Source: Octopus bimaculoides (lineage: Eukaryota). Taken from it: DNA of 64,000 bases. How positions within the stretch are numbered: position 1 is the first letter of the stretch; the number at the start of each line of letters is the position of its first letter. Below the pieces are notes generated by a model. That model did no database searches. It saw nothing but the letters and a program-made list of their open reading frames with translations, and was not told the DNA's origin. Position numbers and translations under genes: made by a program. The stretch covers positions 13,312,650 through 13,376,649 of the forward strand of contig NC_068988.1 in assembly GCF_001194135.2 (NCBI RefSeq). The letters run 5' to 3'. Of this stretch, positions 39,659 to 54,900 are shown piece by piece.

Positions 39659-40007
39659 CTAGTCACTCATGTCCATGTCCATTTGTTGAAGGTTTACATC
39701 TGAAGCTAACTGGTCTCCTATACTAGATGGTACAACACTCTCACGTTCAGGGCTACCTTCTATGATTGTAGGTTCAGTAACTGTGGGAGCATTGGCAACA
39801 GTATACACCTTTTCAGCCTTGCCCTCCCCACTCACATAGCCCTTTTCCTCTTCATCATAGTCACGAGTGACACGAGTGCTGTCAGTCTTTATGGAGGATT
39901 TCTCTTCCTTGTCACTACGGTGTTCCTTGTGTTTTTTCTTACTCTTACCCTCTTTTTCACGACTTCTCTCTCTGCTCCTTTCTCTCGGTTCTTTCTTTTT
40001 CTTACTC
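39659..40007 (-). CDS. SRSF11: SR gene last coding exon (SKKKKE...VTRDYDEEEKGY...DMDMSD*)
   Basis: gcag acceptor, TAG at 39661-39659; matches ORF 39659..40018. Confidence 0.93.
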
Positions 40008-43000
40008 CTGCAACACAAACAAACAATAGTTTTAATTCATTTTGATTAATTACAACACATTAACAAAATTTAACCCAGTCACAGCATATTCCTGCTATAG
40101 TGGGAATAGGTTAAATGTCATTTCTGTTGAATTCCCAGTAAAATGGTAAAAAGCAACACACCAAAAAAGATGAAGCTGGTTCTGTCCATTAGTTTGCCCA
40201 CAATTGTTATTCTTAAGCTGTGTATACAACTATTAATGTTTTTGCTCAGGAGCCCAAGTGGAGGGTGAAGTTAGACACGGGGGCTCCAAGTCTGAGAGGA
40301 TTAATTTTCTAGGTCCCACCCATGCTAGCATGGAATACGGACATTAAATGATGATGATACTGAATTGCAATACATTAACAAGAAAGTTTTGTACATTATA
40401 TACACGTGTGGATTATCATCATTGTTTAACGTCTGCTTTCCATGCTGACAATGGGTTGGACTGAGGACTGGCAAGTCAGTAGGCTGCTCCAATCCGATCT
40501 GGCATGGTTTCTACAGATGCCCTTCCTAACACCAACCACTCCAAGAGGGTAGTGGGTGCTTTTTACATGCCATCAGCATGGAAGCCAGTCAGGGGACACT
40601 GGCATCGACCACGTTCGGATGTTGCTTTTTATGTGCCACTGGCATGGGAGCCAGTTAGGAGGCACTGGCACAGGAACCATTTAGTGGGCACAGGCATCAA
40701 CCACGTTCGCATAGTGCTTTTTACACTCCACTGGCACATAAATATAATATATAATTTAAAACATTTTGAAAACTTAAAACATTATATACTATAGATTTTT
40801 CTGAAGCAAATCAAAGTTGGAAACATTTATGATTTATTAAACAACAGCTTAAGTTTGTACTTAAGTATTTTTGTAGGGATTAGTAAGCATTTTCCAAAAC
40901 AATGAATAATTGTCCAAAATACCTTGATGATTTATGTCTGGAACCACTACGTGAACGTGAGCGTCGATTACGAGGAGGACTGGTAGACCGGCGTCTAGGG
41001 TTGCGATTAGGTCGGTTGCGACTGCAACAACAAAAAACATACGACATACATATTTACATAAAAAAAAATAAACACTAAAATGCTATTGTTTGGAACATTA
41101 AAAAAAAAGGTAACTTCCTAAAGAAATAAAGGATTTCAAAGAAAAACTAATTATTCCCATCGATAAATTGAATTAAATTATTATTAAGGAAACCTATGAT
41201 ATAATAAGTTTTACCCTTTAGCATTCAGATTACTGTCAAATGTTATTTTTATTTATTCACACTGTTTTAAATTAATCATGCATTATCTCATAGCTTTGAG
41301 ATTTTGATGGCATATATATTGTAGGATAAGTACAAAAGATTGGATCTGGCCAGTTTGAATGTAAAACAAGAGGAATATCTGTGCCAGATACGGACAGCTT
41401 AAATGCTAATGAGTTAAGTGATAAGCAAAAGATGTTAAAATTATTCATAACTGAATTTCTTGATATTTTTAGCATCAATGGAACAAATATTTTTACAGCT
41501 TGATGCCTTTCCTGACGCTAATCACTTAACCATACGTTAAGAATGGTGTCTTTTACATCTCAGTGAACTGAGATCAATAACTGTTGCTTCATAGCAGAGT
41601 GTGATCTCATTAACCTTTGGATTAATAATCAAATATTTTAGTTCATACATTTCTTAAATTTAAATTGTGAAAACTTTACAACTGTATCTCTTTATTAATG
41701 TTAAGTCAATGCTAGAATTATTGTGAATACATTTTATACCTATAACAACCAATGTCTTTACTAATTCACCTTCTAACCTAACTTTAGATCAAAGGGAGCC
41801 CTATCCCACCTCTATCTCTAAAACAGGTAAGTTAGAATGTGGTAACAATCTAAAACAATATCTGTTTTGGCTGTACAAGAAAAACAAGATAATATTTTAA
41901 AATCTTCCATGATATAGCAAATGAAAGAGGACTTACAAATAGGAGAGCAGGAAACTGCACATACAAAAGAAAAAAAGAATTGGTTCATATATTGTACACA
42001 AGTCAAACCTAGAAACTATTACAAATAAACAAAAGCAAAGTTGAGCAACTCAAAGGACAGTATTATTTATTGTTTTGTATACATACTAACCTGTGAGATC
42101 TTCGAGATTTTTTGCTTGGTGTTCTACTACGACTCCTCTTTTCATGAGAGCTGTTGACATAAAAAAAATAGATATATAAATAAATAATAATTGTGGTATG
42201 AATAGTGTTGTATGGGAGTTGAATGGTGATAGTGACAGTTATATTCTTGAAAGAAGGAGATTAAAATATGGGTTCTTAAATGATGTGTGTTGAAATTTCA
42301 CTGACACAAATTTTCTATGGCTGGATGCTCCTTCTGTTGCCAAATTTCACCTGTTTCCAAACAAGGCAATATATTCCTTAGTTTTTTGAACAAGAACAAC
42401 ACACTGGTTGGACATGTTTTCATAGAAGATTGTAAGTGAAAGACACCATTTATGATAGTAACATTTGTTTACAATTAGCCAGAAATGTCAAGGCAAGGTG
42501 ACAATGGGTTTCTTCCAGTTTCCATTTACCAAATCAGCTCACAAAGCTTTGCTCAGTCTGGGGCAGTAGTAAAAGACACTTGCCCATGGTACCATGCAGT
42601 GGGATTGAACTTGAAACCACATGATTGCAAAGTGAACTTTATTTTATTAATGGTTGGCTAAAGGAAGGCTGTAAAAATATGACAAGCACAACAAAAACAT
42701 ATTTGTAGGTTGTTTTTTGTTTTTTTTTTTTGCTTTCTGTGCCAGATGACAAATGAAAGTCATGATGATGATAATAGAAGTCTTGAAGTATGAAGAATCA
42801 TGACAAGCAGAAGAAATATATGCCAATAAATGATGGTGCATACTCGGAAATATCATACTCTTGGAAAACAAAAATTAAGACAACAGTGTTATATTGAAAA
42901 AAAGTATGGTTATGAATGTGTGGTGATGATGACCAAAAGAGTACAATCACAAATACAAGAAGCCAAAATGGGTTTCCTGCAAAGGATCACTGAATTGATG

Positions 43001-46000
43001 TTACACGATAGGGAGCATAGCTCAGAGATCAGGGAGGATCTCCAAGTCAAACTGCTACTTCTCAACACTGACAGGTCACAGCATGGGTACTACAGACGTG
43101 ATTAGAATGTGGCAGAATCACAAGATTGATTCTACAAGTCCAGCCAACTGGTAGGAGACCTAGGGGCAGACCAAGAGTGAGAAGGTCAGATATCATCATC
43201 CAATCTCAGTTGGTTATGCTTGGGAATCCAGCTGGAAAGTCTAATGATAGTTGCTTCTGATAGGACTCTATGGGGGAGGCATCAGAGGACTCTCCCCAAT
43301 GACAAGAATAGTGGGCAGAAAAAAAAAAAACCGGATGGATTAATACTTTTAGATTTCACTTTAATAGTGTTTTTCTACGGTGCTTAACAGAGTTTGGAAA
43401 GAAAGAAGAGGTAAGTACAAAATCTACCTTGATTTTCTTTCTGGAGAGGAGTCCTTGTCATCATCCTTCAGGGGAAGGGAACATTCCCTTGTAAGTTTAG
43501 GAGGAGATGGGCTGATGTATTTCTTTTTCACTGGTGACTTTTGTCGACTTCGGCTACGAGACCGACGCTTTATTGGTCTGAAATCAGGAGGTTAATAACA
43601 GAATAACTTCATAGCCTTATATATAAACACATACACACACACATATGGTGGACTGTTCCATTAATTTCAACTTATAAGCCTCCTATTATTCTAGTTGGGC
43701 ACACTCTTAATATAATTCCCTGGCAAAATAAGGATGACAGTGTGTGACATGACTGAACCTTTCACTATCTGATGGGCTTCTACACAGTTTCTGCTAACTC
43801 AATTTCACTCACAAACCTATGCTAAAAGCCCTTTCCCCATGATGCCATGCTGTGGGATCAAACCCAAGACCTTACAGTTGCAAAGTGAACCTCTTAATCA
43901 CTCAGCCATGGCTTCATATATGTTGTTCAGGGTCTGACTTCAACCTGCTTCCAGTAATAGGGCCCTGGTACAAGAGTCCCAGGGTTTTGAGGAGTATAGA
44001 ACTACCTCTTAGCCACTATTATTCCTAGGTCTACTCTGACCTGAAGTAGTAGCACCTGTTAGGGTCCCTGTGTCTGAATGTTAGAATGGTTTGCATTTAT
44101 TATGTACAACAGAATGACTGATAAATATCTGTGTTAAGAGAAATGTTTTATAATGACTTAGTGAAAAATGTGATTATAAAATAATGAAAAAAAATAAAGA
44201 CATACCGAGGTGGAGTCCGAGAACGCCTGGCACTGTATGCTTTGGGAGGAGTACGTCTGTTAAAAGAGTATATTTAACTTAAAATAGATATAAATTAAAG
44301 TAACCTACATTTTTATAATTTTTATTTGTGAAATGATGAATATTATTAATAGAAAAAGATGCTAAACCAGCTAACACAAGTGAATAATTCACCTATTCAA
44401 CTAAAACTTAAAGAAGGCTAAAACATCACGTGTGAAAAACTTATCATAAAATGAGCATTATTCTGAAGTTTGTGCTTCAATTGTGTATATTGGATTTTCG
44501 GATCTTTTTTAAAACGGGGGCCACATTTTTCATTAACGAAACACTTTGAAACTTGGAACACTGGTAGAATGTGTCGTATAAAACATCTTTTTCTCTTAGT
44601 CTTCTTAAAAAAAAAAGAAATCCATAAGTTATTCCATGTTAAAGTTGTCGTATTTCTGTAATTTCAACCAATCACTGACGTCTATTCAGCCGATATACAT
44701 TAAGTGCCGACTACATAAACAAACGATTCTGAAACAATTAACCCTAACGTTAGGGTTAGGGTTAAAGCAAATAAAACGAAGGTATGGAGATTAAATACGC
44801 TTTACACCGCTTAATCAGCCAAAGGGAGTAAATATAAACAACTGAATACTTGTCAGTGATTGGTTGAAATTATCGAAATAAGAAATTATCGAAATAAGAA
44901 ATAAATTCGAATACAAAAATATTTTTCTGTTCTATAACACAAAATAGATAAGTATACGAAGTTTGAAAGTCTTTCCATACCAAAAACACTACGTAAAACA
45001 TTAATGAAAAATGTGGCCCCCGTTTTAAAATAGATCCGGATTTTCCTTTGTAACATCATTCACTGCTTTCTTTATTAGGGGAGACAAATTCTTGTCCAGG
45101 GATGAATTTCCATCTCCCTCCAATATTTATTAGAATAGCACATCTATAAGAGATGTTATCTCAGAACAAATACCACAGTGAGTGACCTGCCAATGGTGTA
45201 TATATATTAAGTATGATATACAGATAGCTATTTTAATTTAATACTTGCCTCACTGACATACACCTGGGTGAAATTCTAAGACTAACTGAGATGGCAATCT
45301 AAAATGGTTTTTATACTTAACATACCTTGTTCTAGATCTTGATCTTTTGCGATGTGGACTTCTGGATTTTCTCCCTCTAGAGCGAGATCGGGGATGACGT
45401 GTCCTATTTAAAAAGAGAAAAAGTTTCACAAATTTAAGAAATTAAAAAAATACAAGTTAAAGCATAAGAGATCATTCTGATGAGATCCACACGAATCAAG
45501 AGAACTTCCAACAATCTTACTGAATACCTATTAATCCATTCTATATCATAAAATATAGCAGTTATAAGGTGGTTACACATCTATTCATTATATAAGCAAA
45601 AAGTCACATCTATGAGAGAAATGGAACTCAATTTTATCTACAACACCACTTGACTGGTACCTTATTTTATTCATCCCTGGAAGGCAAAGTTAACTGTAGC
45701 AAGACTTGAACTCAAGTATAGAGGTTAAATATGAAACAAAGCCTTAGAGAAGCTACCACAAAAGCAGCTAATTACTTAATTTTGGTTTTGTGAATCAATT
45801 TTTGTATATTTTAGAAGAAATGATTCATCTCAAAAGAAACAGGAAAAGGTATGGAAACCACCTCCTTGGCTTCCATACATTTTCTGAGTATTAGGCTCAT
45901 GGCTTATGATTAATAGGTTTCAATATTACATTCTGGTCAAAAACTCTTATCTCATTCTAGATAACATAAACAGGATGTTTTACAGTGAAACAGTACGGGG

Positions 46001-47412
46001 AAAAAGCATGCAATTGTTTAAATCTGAAGAGCAATGGAAAAAAACAAACAAAACATGTATACGAGCATTAGTTTCATAGCTTGTACAAGTGATTTTGCTT
46101 AATTGCATATCAGATATTGGTATAGTTCAGTTTAATGAATAACTTTTCAAAACACTGAAGCATTTAAGCATCGAATCTATGAAACATTGATTGGTTAACT
46201 GCATATGCAAATAATATCAATTTGGGTTAGTTACATAAGATATTTTTCATATCATTTTGAATATGAAGAAAATGGTTGATGAAAATGTAGCACAAAAATG
46301 AACATCTATTTGATTGATATAAATGAAGTTGATTCTGGAAGGTTGTTTTCATGATGAGCTAAAATGACAACACTCAATACTTCATGTTTACAAACAATGT
46401 ATTCAAGTTATCGTTACCTTGAATTAAAGCCTACTGAAGTTCAGATTCTAGTGACTATTTTTATCTCAAGCTTGTGTAATGAAATGCTTCAATAAATAAA
46501 TCTTACTTGTAGGTAAAATTTGTAAAAATAACGCTAAATTAAGTGAAGCGTAGATGATAATTTTGTTTTGTTTTCATTGTCAACTACATTAGCCTGTAAC
46601 TAGCCTGCAATTAGTCATTAAATTTTCTTTAATCTGTATGACACTAATTATCATTAATTTGAAGTGTAAAAATCATTGTCTGGACACATGAATCTGACCA
46701 AGCTTGGGAAATTACAAAGGGATTGAGAAACCTTTTAGAGATAAGTCGAGCAATTTTCCTTTATTAGTTCAATAAAGGCAACAAGTGCAAGGAATATTAA
46801 TGCAGTATACAGGGATCGGACAATAAGCATAAGCTGGTGTCAGTGGTAGTTCCAGAAATTCCAAGCCAGAAACTACAGCCTAGAAGACATGCCTCGTCTT
46901 GGAAGATCTGTAGAACTCAATAAGGATGTCTTGCAAACCCTGGTGGAGCAAAATCCCATTGTAACTGTTGAACTAGCAGAGTTCAACCATTCCTCAATAC
47001 CTGTGAGCCATCTGAAATGACCATCTTTGATTTCAAGACGAAAGGTGCTCTTCCATCAGGACATGCTCGGCCACATACAATGAAGATAACATTACAAACG
47101 CTGGGGCAGTTTGAATGGGAAATGATGCCCCACCCACCATATTCGCTGGACATTGCCCCATCTGATTATCATTTATTCCGTAGTTGGAGGGAAAAATTAT
47201 GAATTCTACAGACAAGGTCAGAACAGTACCGGAGGAGTATTTTTAGTCACAGGAAAGTGAATTTTGGAAAAGGGGCTTTGCAAGTACACCAGATAGATGG
47301 AAGAGCATTGTAGAAAATGAAGAAGAGTACATTTTAAATTAAAAAAGAACTTTATATCTTAATTTTGAAAAATAAAAGTATAAAAAACCTGCATTATTTA
47401 TGGGATGACTCA

Positions 47413-47452
<40 letters not shown>

Positions 47453-50400
47453 GATCAACCCAGGTCCCCATGGAATATAAATGTATGATGATAATGATGA
47501 AGATTACAGACTAGATTCAAACTAGGAACCATTGGTATAGATTCAAAGCTTGCAATGTTAGGAGAAAAAAATGCCAAGCCTTCTTATCTTCTTATGCCAG
47601 TAAGCAAAATAACATTTAAATGCTTGCAAAATTATGAATGATGGCCCGAAAAGTAAAAATAAAATAGTGAGTCAGTTATACACCTCTTAGAGAACACATA
47701 AATCAAAACTGCTAGTCGAAGTAGAAAATTAACAAAATGCTGAGAAATAAAATGTTCTCTGTTCAAATTAAGTTTGGACAATGTACACATCCAGGTATAA
47801 GACAGCTGATGACCACTGGAGGTTGAACTGATTCAAATGTAATGTAGATATAAATACTGTAAATATACATATATATATATATTCTCTAAAGATGAGATTA
47901 ATGGCCTGAACAACTGGGTGTGCATGAAGTGAGTGAGAGGGAGAAAAAAAGGTTCTGTGTGTGGTGAAAATTCTTGTGGTAATAACATTTTGGTTTTGTA
48001 ATTGACATATTTTCAAACTTTTGAAAGCAATTTGTTTTTAAGTAGCATCTTTTACTGAAATATTAAAAACATCTATATATATATATAAAAGGTAATTTTT
48101 GATCAACTTCGTGATTACCAACCGAAATCAATACTAAGTGCACTAATAGCTGTTTTAATTCATCACTGGACCTAAGTACAGCTTTCTCTCCCTTTCTCAC
48201 ACCAAGCTAGGAACCCTGAAAAAGGATTGTGAATGCTGCCTTTTCAACTCTGACTAAGCAATTATAAAACAACAGTGTAACTGGTATAAATATTGCTTTA
48301 TAAGAAATCAATTGATTGAAAACATTGATTACACAAACATAAATTTAATTTATACATTTCTTAACCAATCAACAAGCACTTAATTTATTACACTGAAAAA
48401 TGTAAATATCAATTTCATGGCAGAACAACACACATATTAATACTTTATGAACAACATGAAATGTGATCCTTACAGTCAGAGACATTATCTATAAACTCAT
48501 AATTTCACTATTGTGTAATCTACATCAGCAGAAATACTTCATATCCCACCTAAACCCCACTATGGAGTACTATTGTCATATTTAAGACAGGAAATTCTCT
48601 TTTGACCACAGACAGCCAAGACATCTTTACAATAAATGGTAAGTTTGTCCAGTTGCCATGCTGAGTGTACACCCCAAAACCCATTAGTTGCACTTCTGTT
48701 AATCCCAGTGACACAGTGCTAAATATCTCCTCCACAAGACTTTCATGTTACCCATGCCTACCTCCCCCACCCAACCACTAACCTATGAATCTTCAAATGA
48801 AAATTTTAGTCTCAGAACTCAAAAAAGCTGTTGTACAGCTTATCCTAATCTTTTAGATACTATACAAAACCTAAACTCTAGGATCAGACCAAAAGCTGTG
48901 TGTCTGAAAGGATTTTTTTTTAAAAATCAATTAAAATAAATGTAATTTTGATGATGAATTTTACTTTTAATTCTTTCTACAATAGGCACAAAGCCTGAAC
49001 CTTTTGGAGAGGGAGGACATTGTTTACACCAACCCCAGTGTTCGACTGGTACTTATTTTATTGACTCTGAAAGGATGAAAGGCAATGTCAGCAGAATTTG
49101 AACTTAGAACATAAAACTGTAGGAAATGCTGCTCAGCATTTTCTCTGGCATGCTAACAATTCTGCCAGTTCACCCTCATCCTATAATTTTAATACACACC
49201 TGACACGTAACATACACAGTAAATATATATTTGATAAAGCATTACATCATAAGCCCCCGAGAAGTAACACGAGTTACAATCCAGAATTATTAAATCCTAT
49301 TTGGAGAACTTTGTTTTGATTTTTGTGTGATAGTAGTGGTGGAGATATAGAATGACAATATATCTACTTTTAAAAACTTGATGGTTACACAGTTTCTTCC
49401 TTTAAACTCATCCATTACAACACTAATACCTATTTCTCATTACCAATTTTAAACTCTGCAAGAAAGAATTACATGTCTTTATTTCAAACACTTTCACACT
49501 ATTATGGTCTCTATCCAGACAAATGTCCTGTAACACACTTTTCAGATAGATCATTAATCACATTTGTCTGACACTCTTCAATCTCTGAAGCCCTGCTCTT
49601 TCAGCAACATCCAGAGATAAAAGAAAATACAAGTGAAATTCCTTTTATTTAAAAAGAATAGTTAGTGTTAGCTGAATATTAACTATGTACAGCTTAGCTC
49701 AAACACATAATATTACTAGCTTTAAAAAGTACTAATAAAAAGAAAAATTATGACTAAAAATCACAAAAAACATCTTGGAAAAAAAAAACTGATAAATCCA
49801 CATTATTCTACAAATTATTATATACATATACATGTATATACATACATATGAGCATATACAGGAATAGAGTTTTTTATACACAAGTATAGAGAATACTATG
49901 ATAAAACATGTTTATCCCTATATGCATCAAAACAAGATGAAGCAAAATATAGAAGTACATTATTGAAAAGACATTTAAAATACCTAAAATGTTGCATGTG
50001 CCATTCGTCATTGTGGTTTCTCATTTTGGTCTTCACCTCAACAGGAGACCTAGGAAATAATAAATTGTTTTACTAAGCAATAGAATGCTCCACCCACCCT
50101 ACTGGCATGATAGTGATAATATATGGAAGCAAGCTGTCTCTAGCATTAAGGCTTATGTCACTTTGTTTTTTTTGTTTTTTTTTCTTGAAAGATTTCATGA
50201 TCATGAATTTTAGATATTTGTAAATGTTTTCTGATTCCCAATTTCTCTTTTGATTTATCAGATGATCTCATAATTGTCAGATGTAGACTACAATGCTCAT
50301 CTAACTTAAATATTCCAATTCCTCAGTTAATAATAACTATTATTAAATAGAATTCTGTAGGTGTATGAAAGTACATCATCATCATCAAATTAGAATGTTT

Positions 50401-51923
50401 TTCTCTGTTAACATGTGTTAGATGCATCTTCAAAACATCAAAATCTCTCTCAATCTCGGATCATTTTAACTCTGGGATATGACAGTCTTGTATCTGACCT
50501 CACCAATTCTTTGGTTTTTCCCTGCCATAGCACCATTCCTTCCACTTACATGGAGAGAATCCACATCAATATCAACCCAACAATGCACACATTAGCTAAC
50601 ATCAAGCTTATTTTCTCAACTTGTAATACGGTTTTTGTGCAAGTTAATTTCATACATTCAATAAAACATATTCACTCTAGTCTTCACAGTTTTTCTGGAT
50701 TTAATTGCATGTGTTATTACCATCAGTAACAAATTATCTATATATTTTTTTATACAGTCAGTTCTTTTCCTGGAAAGACAGACATTTCGTTGTTAACAGC
50801 AAACTTCCTCCAGGCAAAATAGATATGAATTGCTAAGTAGATAAAAATACATAAAATTTGTAATCCTTGACACTAATCACATTACAATCATTAATGAAAC
50901 TATTTTAAGTTGCTCTCACCATATAAACCTTGTTATAGATACCAGTCTAATTTCATATTAAAATAATTGGTATACGATTGAGTAGCAACATCTGATTATG
51001 AGATAGGAGCATCTATTTCAAGAAAATTTATTAATATTGCTTTCAAATTTTGGCTCATGACCAACAATTTCAGGGGAAGGGATAAGTCAATTAGATTGAC
51101 CCTAGTAACCAACTGGTACTTATTTTATTGAAAGGATGAAAGGCAAAGTCAATCTCAGTGGAATTTGAACTCAGAATGTAATAAGTGACAAAATGCCACT
51201 AAGCATTTTGCCCAGCGTGCTAACAATTCTGCCAGCTCACTGCCTTAGAAAATTTAGTTATATTAAAACTCACACCATTCAACACTGTTTAGTATAGGTG
51301 TTGCTAGAGAAACTACAGCGTATTTTGTTATACAGAAATTAATAAAAATACCATTATGCTAATACATATGTACATCATCATCACTGTTTAACGTCCATCT
51401 TCCATGCATGCATAGGTAGGATGGTTGACAGGAGCCAGCCAAGTCGAAAAACTACCCAAGGCTACGGTGTCTGTTTTAGCAGGGATTTTACTCCTAACAC
51501 TCAGTCCACTCCACTGAGTGGACTGAGTCTTTTTTTTTTTTTTTTTTTTTTTTTTACATGGCACTAGCACAGGTGAGGTCAGTTGTGGCATGATTTTTAC
51601 AGCTGGATGCCCTTCCAAATGCCAACCACGCTACAGAGTGGACTGGATGCATTTAACGTGGCACCAGCACTGGCAGGGTAACCAAGTAACTTGCAAGACA
51701 AGGAATTATGAGAGGGGCAGGGGGCATTTGAGGTGAGGAACTTGTGTCAGAGGATGAAAGGTTAGACTGTGACAAAGAGACAGAGAGAGAGAAACAGGTG
51801 TCTTGTCACAACAGAGAGGGCATTAGATGAGGTGATCCAGTATCACATGATGAAAGGTTAGAGCGTAACAAAGAAATAAAGAGGCAGAAATGGGTGTCTT
51901 GCTATAGAGGCGGTATGGTTACC

Positions 51924-51960
<37 letters not shown>

Positions 51961-54900
51961 GAAATAAAGAGTGAGAGAGAGAGGTACAAGAAAGAGGTCA
52001 GAAACAAGTGTGTTGATGTAAAGGAGATGTATTTATGTATATTTTTTTGTCTGATTAATAATGCAATTTAATTCAATATTATTGGCATGTCAAATAATAA
52101 GCCTTATGCAGAGATTGACTTGCAACACAAATTATGCATGCATTGATGCAAGAGACAGAATTAGCCTTTTTCTGTCAATGATGGTGCACAGAGAATTTTA
52201 ATGAGCTTGTGGAAACAGTGTGAACATCAGTGCATAGCAGTGTAGGGTTTCTCACCTGGATCTAGTTCTATGATGACGAGGCCTGGAATGTGATCTTGAC
52301 CTACGAGGAGACCTTTTTCTTGATCTGGATCGGCGACCTCTAGAGACAGAACGACGCCGAGAACGTGATCTTGAGTGTCTTTTGGGGCTGGGCCTTGGTC
52401 TTGAGCGGGACCTTGAGCGGGTCCTTGTACGGCGTTTAGGTTTGGACTTAGATCGAGAACGAGAATGACGCCTGTGGCTTTTTGATTTGGACCGAGAACG
52501 GCTTCTCTTTTTATCTGTGATTTCTGAAAATGAAAACAAGACAATGCATGAGAACTGACAAAAAATTTCTTTTATATATAAAGTGGGTTTGAGAACAGAA
52601 AGACAGATTTCTTAACATGGCTAAAAATGATTTGTCTTAGAAAACATGGCTGAGTGCCAATGACTAAAGATTTCAAAGCTATTTTTGGCAAGAGATAACT
52701 CCTTAGAAGAAATGGTTAAGTGCAATTTCCAGACACATGTCTAGAGGCCAAACCTCATTCTCTGAATCCTGTATATCTTAGCTACAGGACCATCTTCAAG
52801 CTGTTTTATCCATAACTGAGGCCCTTGATAGGCACTATCACCCTGGACAAGAGCAGACCTAAAAGTAGTGGTGATTAAGGGGTAACCCCACACTACAGAA
52901 CTCCTGAACTTCTCAACTAGAGTCACACCATTGGACGCAGTTTCAGAACTTCTCCACAACTACGTTTAAAATCACTGAATTCACACAACCATTTTACTTA
53001 CATAAACACATAAATACCGTCTGTTTTCTCTCTCTATCTATCTATCTTTAAGACACCAATCTCTCTCCCCCTATTATACTTTAGCCTCTCAACGAGCACA
53101 AATTTGCTGACTCTGCTAGTGTTGGTGCCACATAAAAAGCACAGTATACTCAGTAAAGTAGTTGGTGTTAGGGAGGGTATCCACATATATTTGAGTTGTC
53201 CAGGAAGTTCGTGCTGATTTTTAAAGGAAAGAAAAAGGTCAATAAATACTTGCCATTACATTTTTAATCAACCAAATATAAACCATTTTGTTGCACAATG
53301 CGTCTCCATCTTTCCTTTAACTTGAAAATACCCTCTTCCCAGAACTGAGGTGGTTTCATGGCAAATAAGTTGAAAGGTAAGCTACTATAAATCAGCACGA
53401 ACTTTCCAGACAACCCAATAGAAACCATGCCAAAGAAGACAACAGAACCTGGTGCAGTTCTGTAGTTTGTCAGCTCCTCTCAAACCATCCAACCCATACC
53501 AGCATGGAAGATGGATGTTAAATGATGATGATGATGATAAAGAAACAGGAGAAAAGCTAATGACAAGAGCTTCTGTGTAGTTGCACTACCTGCTATATAT
53601 CCCCCAAATTACACCTTATGCTTTATAAAACAAAAAGAAAAAGAAATTATGCACTAGATAATATGGCCTTAGATACACTGTTGAACATTTTGCAGATGGA
53701 TTTAGTACTGACAGTCTGTGCTGTGTACTGGTATTAGGCCATTCAGTAACTACACAACTTTCCATACAAAGAATTTTACAATGTAGTTGCAGATTCTTCT
53801 TAGTGTGGTATACTTGAAAACACGGTGCCACACAGAGTGAGACATCACACTGCTCACACACACAGTGTTTCAATACAGTCAGTATTGCTTCCTGTCTGCA
53901 AGGGCTTAAGTAAAAGACAATGGTGAGAAATGAATAAATTTTGGTTATTGGTCTTCCAGATCAAGAACGACTTGAGATGAAACAACATCAAGCAGAATGC
54001 TTCAAGAAGTACTGCAAAAGCAAAATAAAATAAAAACAGCCTTGAATGTTTACTTATTTATATTGAAAGCTGAGCCAAAAGCTATATATATCTTTTGCTT
54101 CTCTATTTCCTTTTCCACTACAGTTAATTTCCACTATCAATTACCATGTAATTAACTAATTAATTATTCATACTCAAGAAAGAAGAAAAAAAAAATGAAG
54201 GTGTATTTACCTGGCTCTACAGCAGCTAGTATAAGAGACTGAGCCTCTTTTACTTTTTTCATAGCTTCCTCCAGTTCCCTCTGTGCTGTTTCTTGATTTT
54301 TGTTCACTGGTTTCACAATGGAACTATTAGCATGGCTAACCCTGAAAGCATTTTGAAATATGTTATACTTAGTAAATACATTAGAAAAATAAGTCTCAAA
54401 CTAAGGGAAAGCTAATTCACACAGAATATATCTTCAGCTGAAATGAGCAAGCTACTAGTCTATTTTTCCTCCAGTTGAGAGCAACAGGAAGTTTTTACAT
54501 CTCCGTAGAATAACATTTGACTAACTTTGAATTTGATATGCCAGGATATTAATTTAGCTGTAGAAAAGCATTTTGACTACCTAAAATATTAATTGCCAAA
54601 GATGTGTGGAGAGCAATGAGATTGTATGTGTGCGTGCGTGTGTACATAATTCTTTCACTGATTTTGGTCTTAGAACTAGGGCACTGTCTTCAAGGGCTTC
54701 AGTCTTAGGTATTTATTTCATTGATCTGCGTCTTGAATTACAGGTGTAAAGGGTCATAAATCAATATCTGAATAGCACAAAACTATCACAAGGTATTCTT
54801 TTTTTATTTTTAAATATTCTCATTTCTTAAGGCTATGGGAGAAAGAAGACACTTGCCCAAGGTGCAGTGCATTTGGATTAACCTTGAAAGCTCATGCCTG

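Noticed and set aside
48550-48735. 61-aa minus-strand ORF with a TTTAG|gtggga donor in the long SR gene intron
   Set aside because: Poor pyrimidine tract, no recognisable protein and no other support.
52227-52544. 105-aa ORF with AQGPAQGPAQDQGP repeats
   Set aside because: Alternative reading frame of the RS-coding exon.
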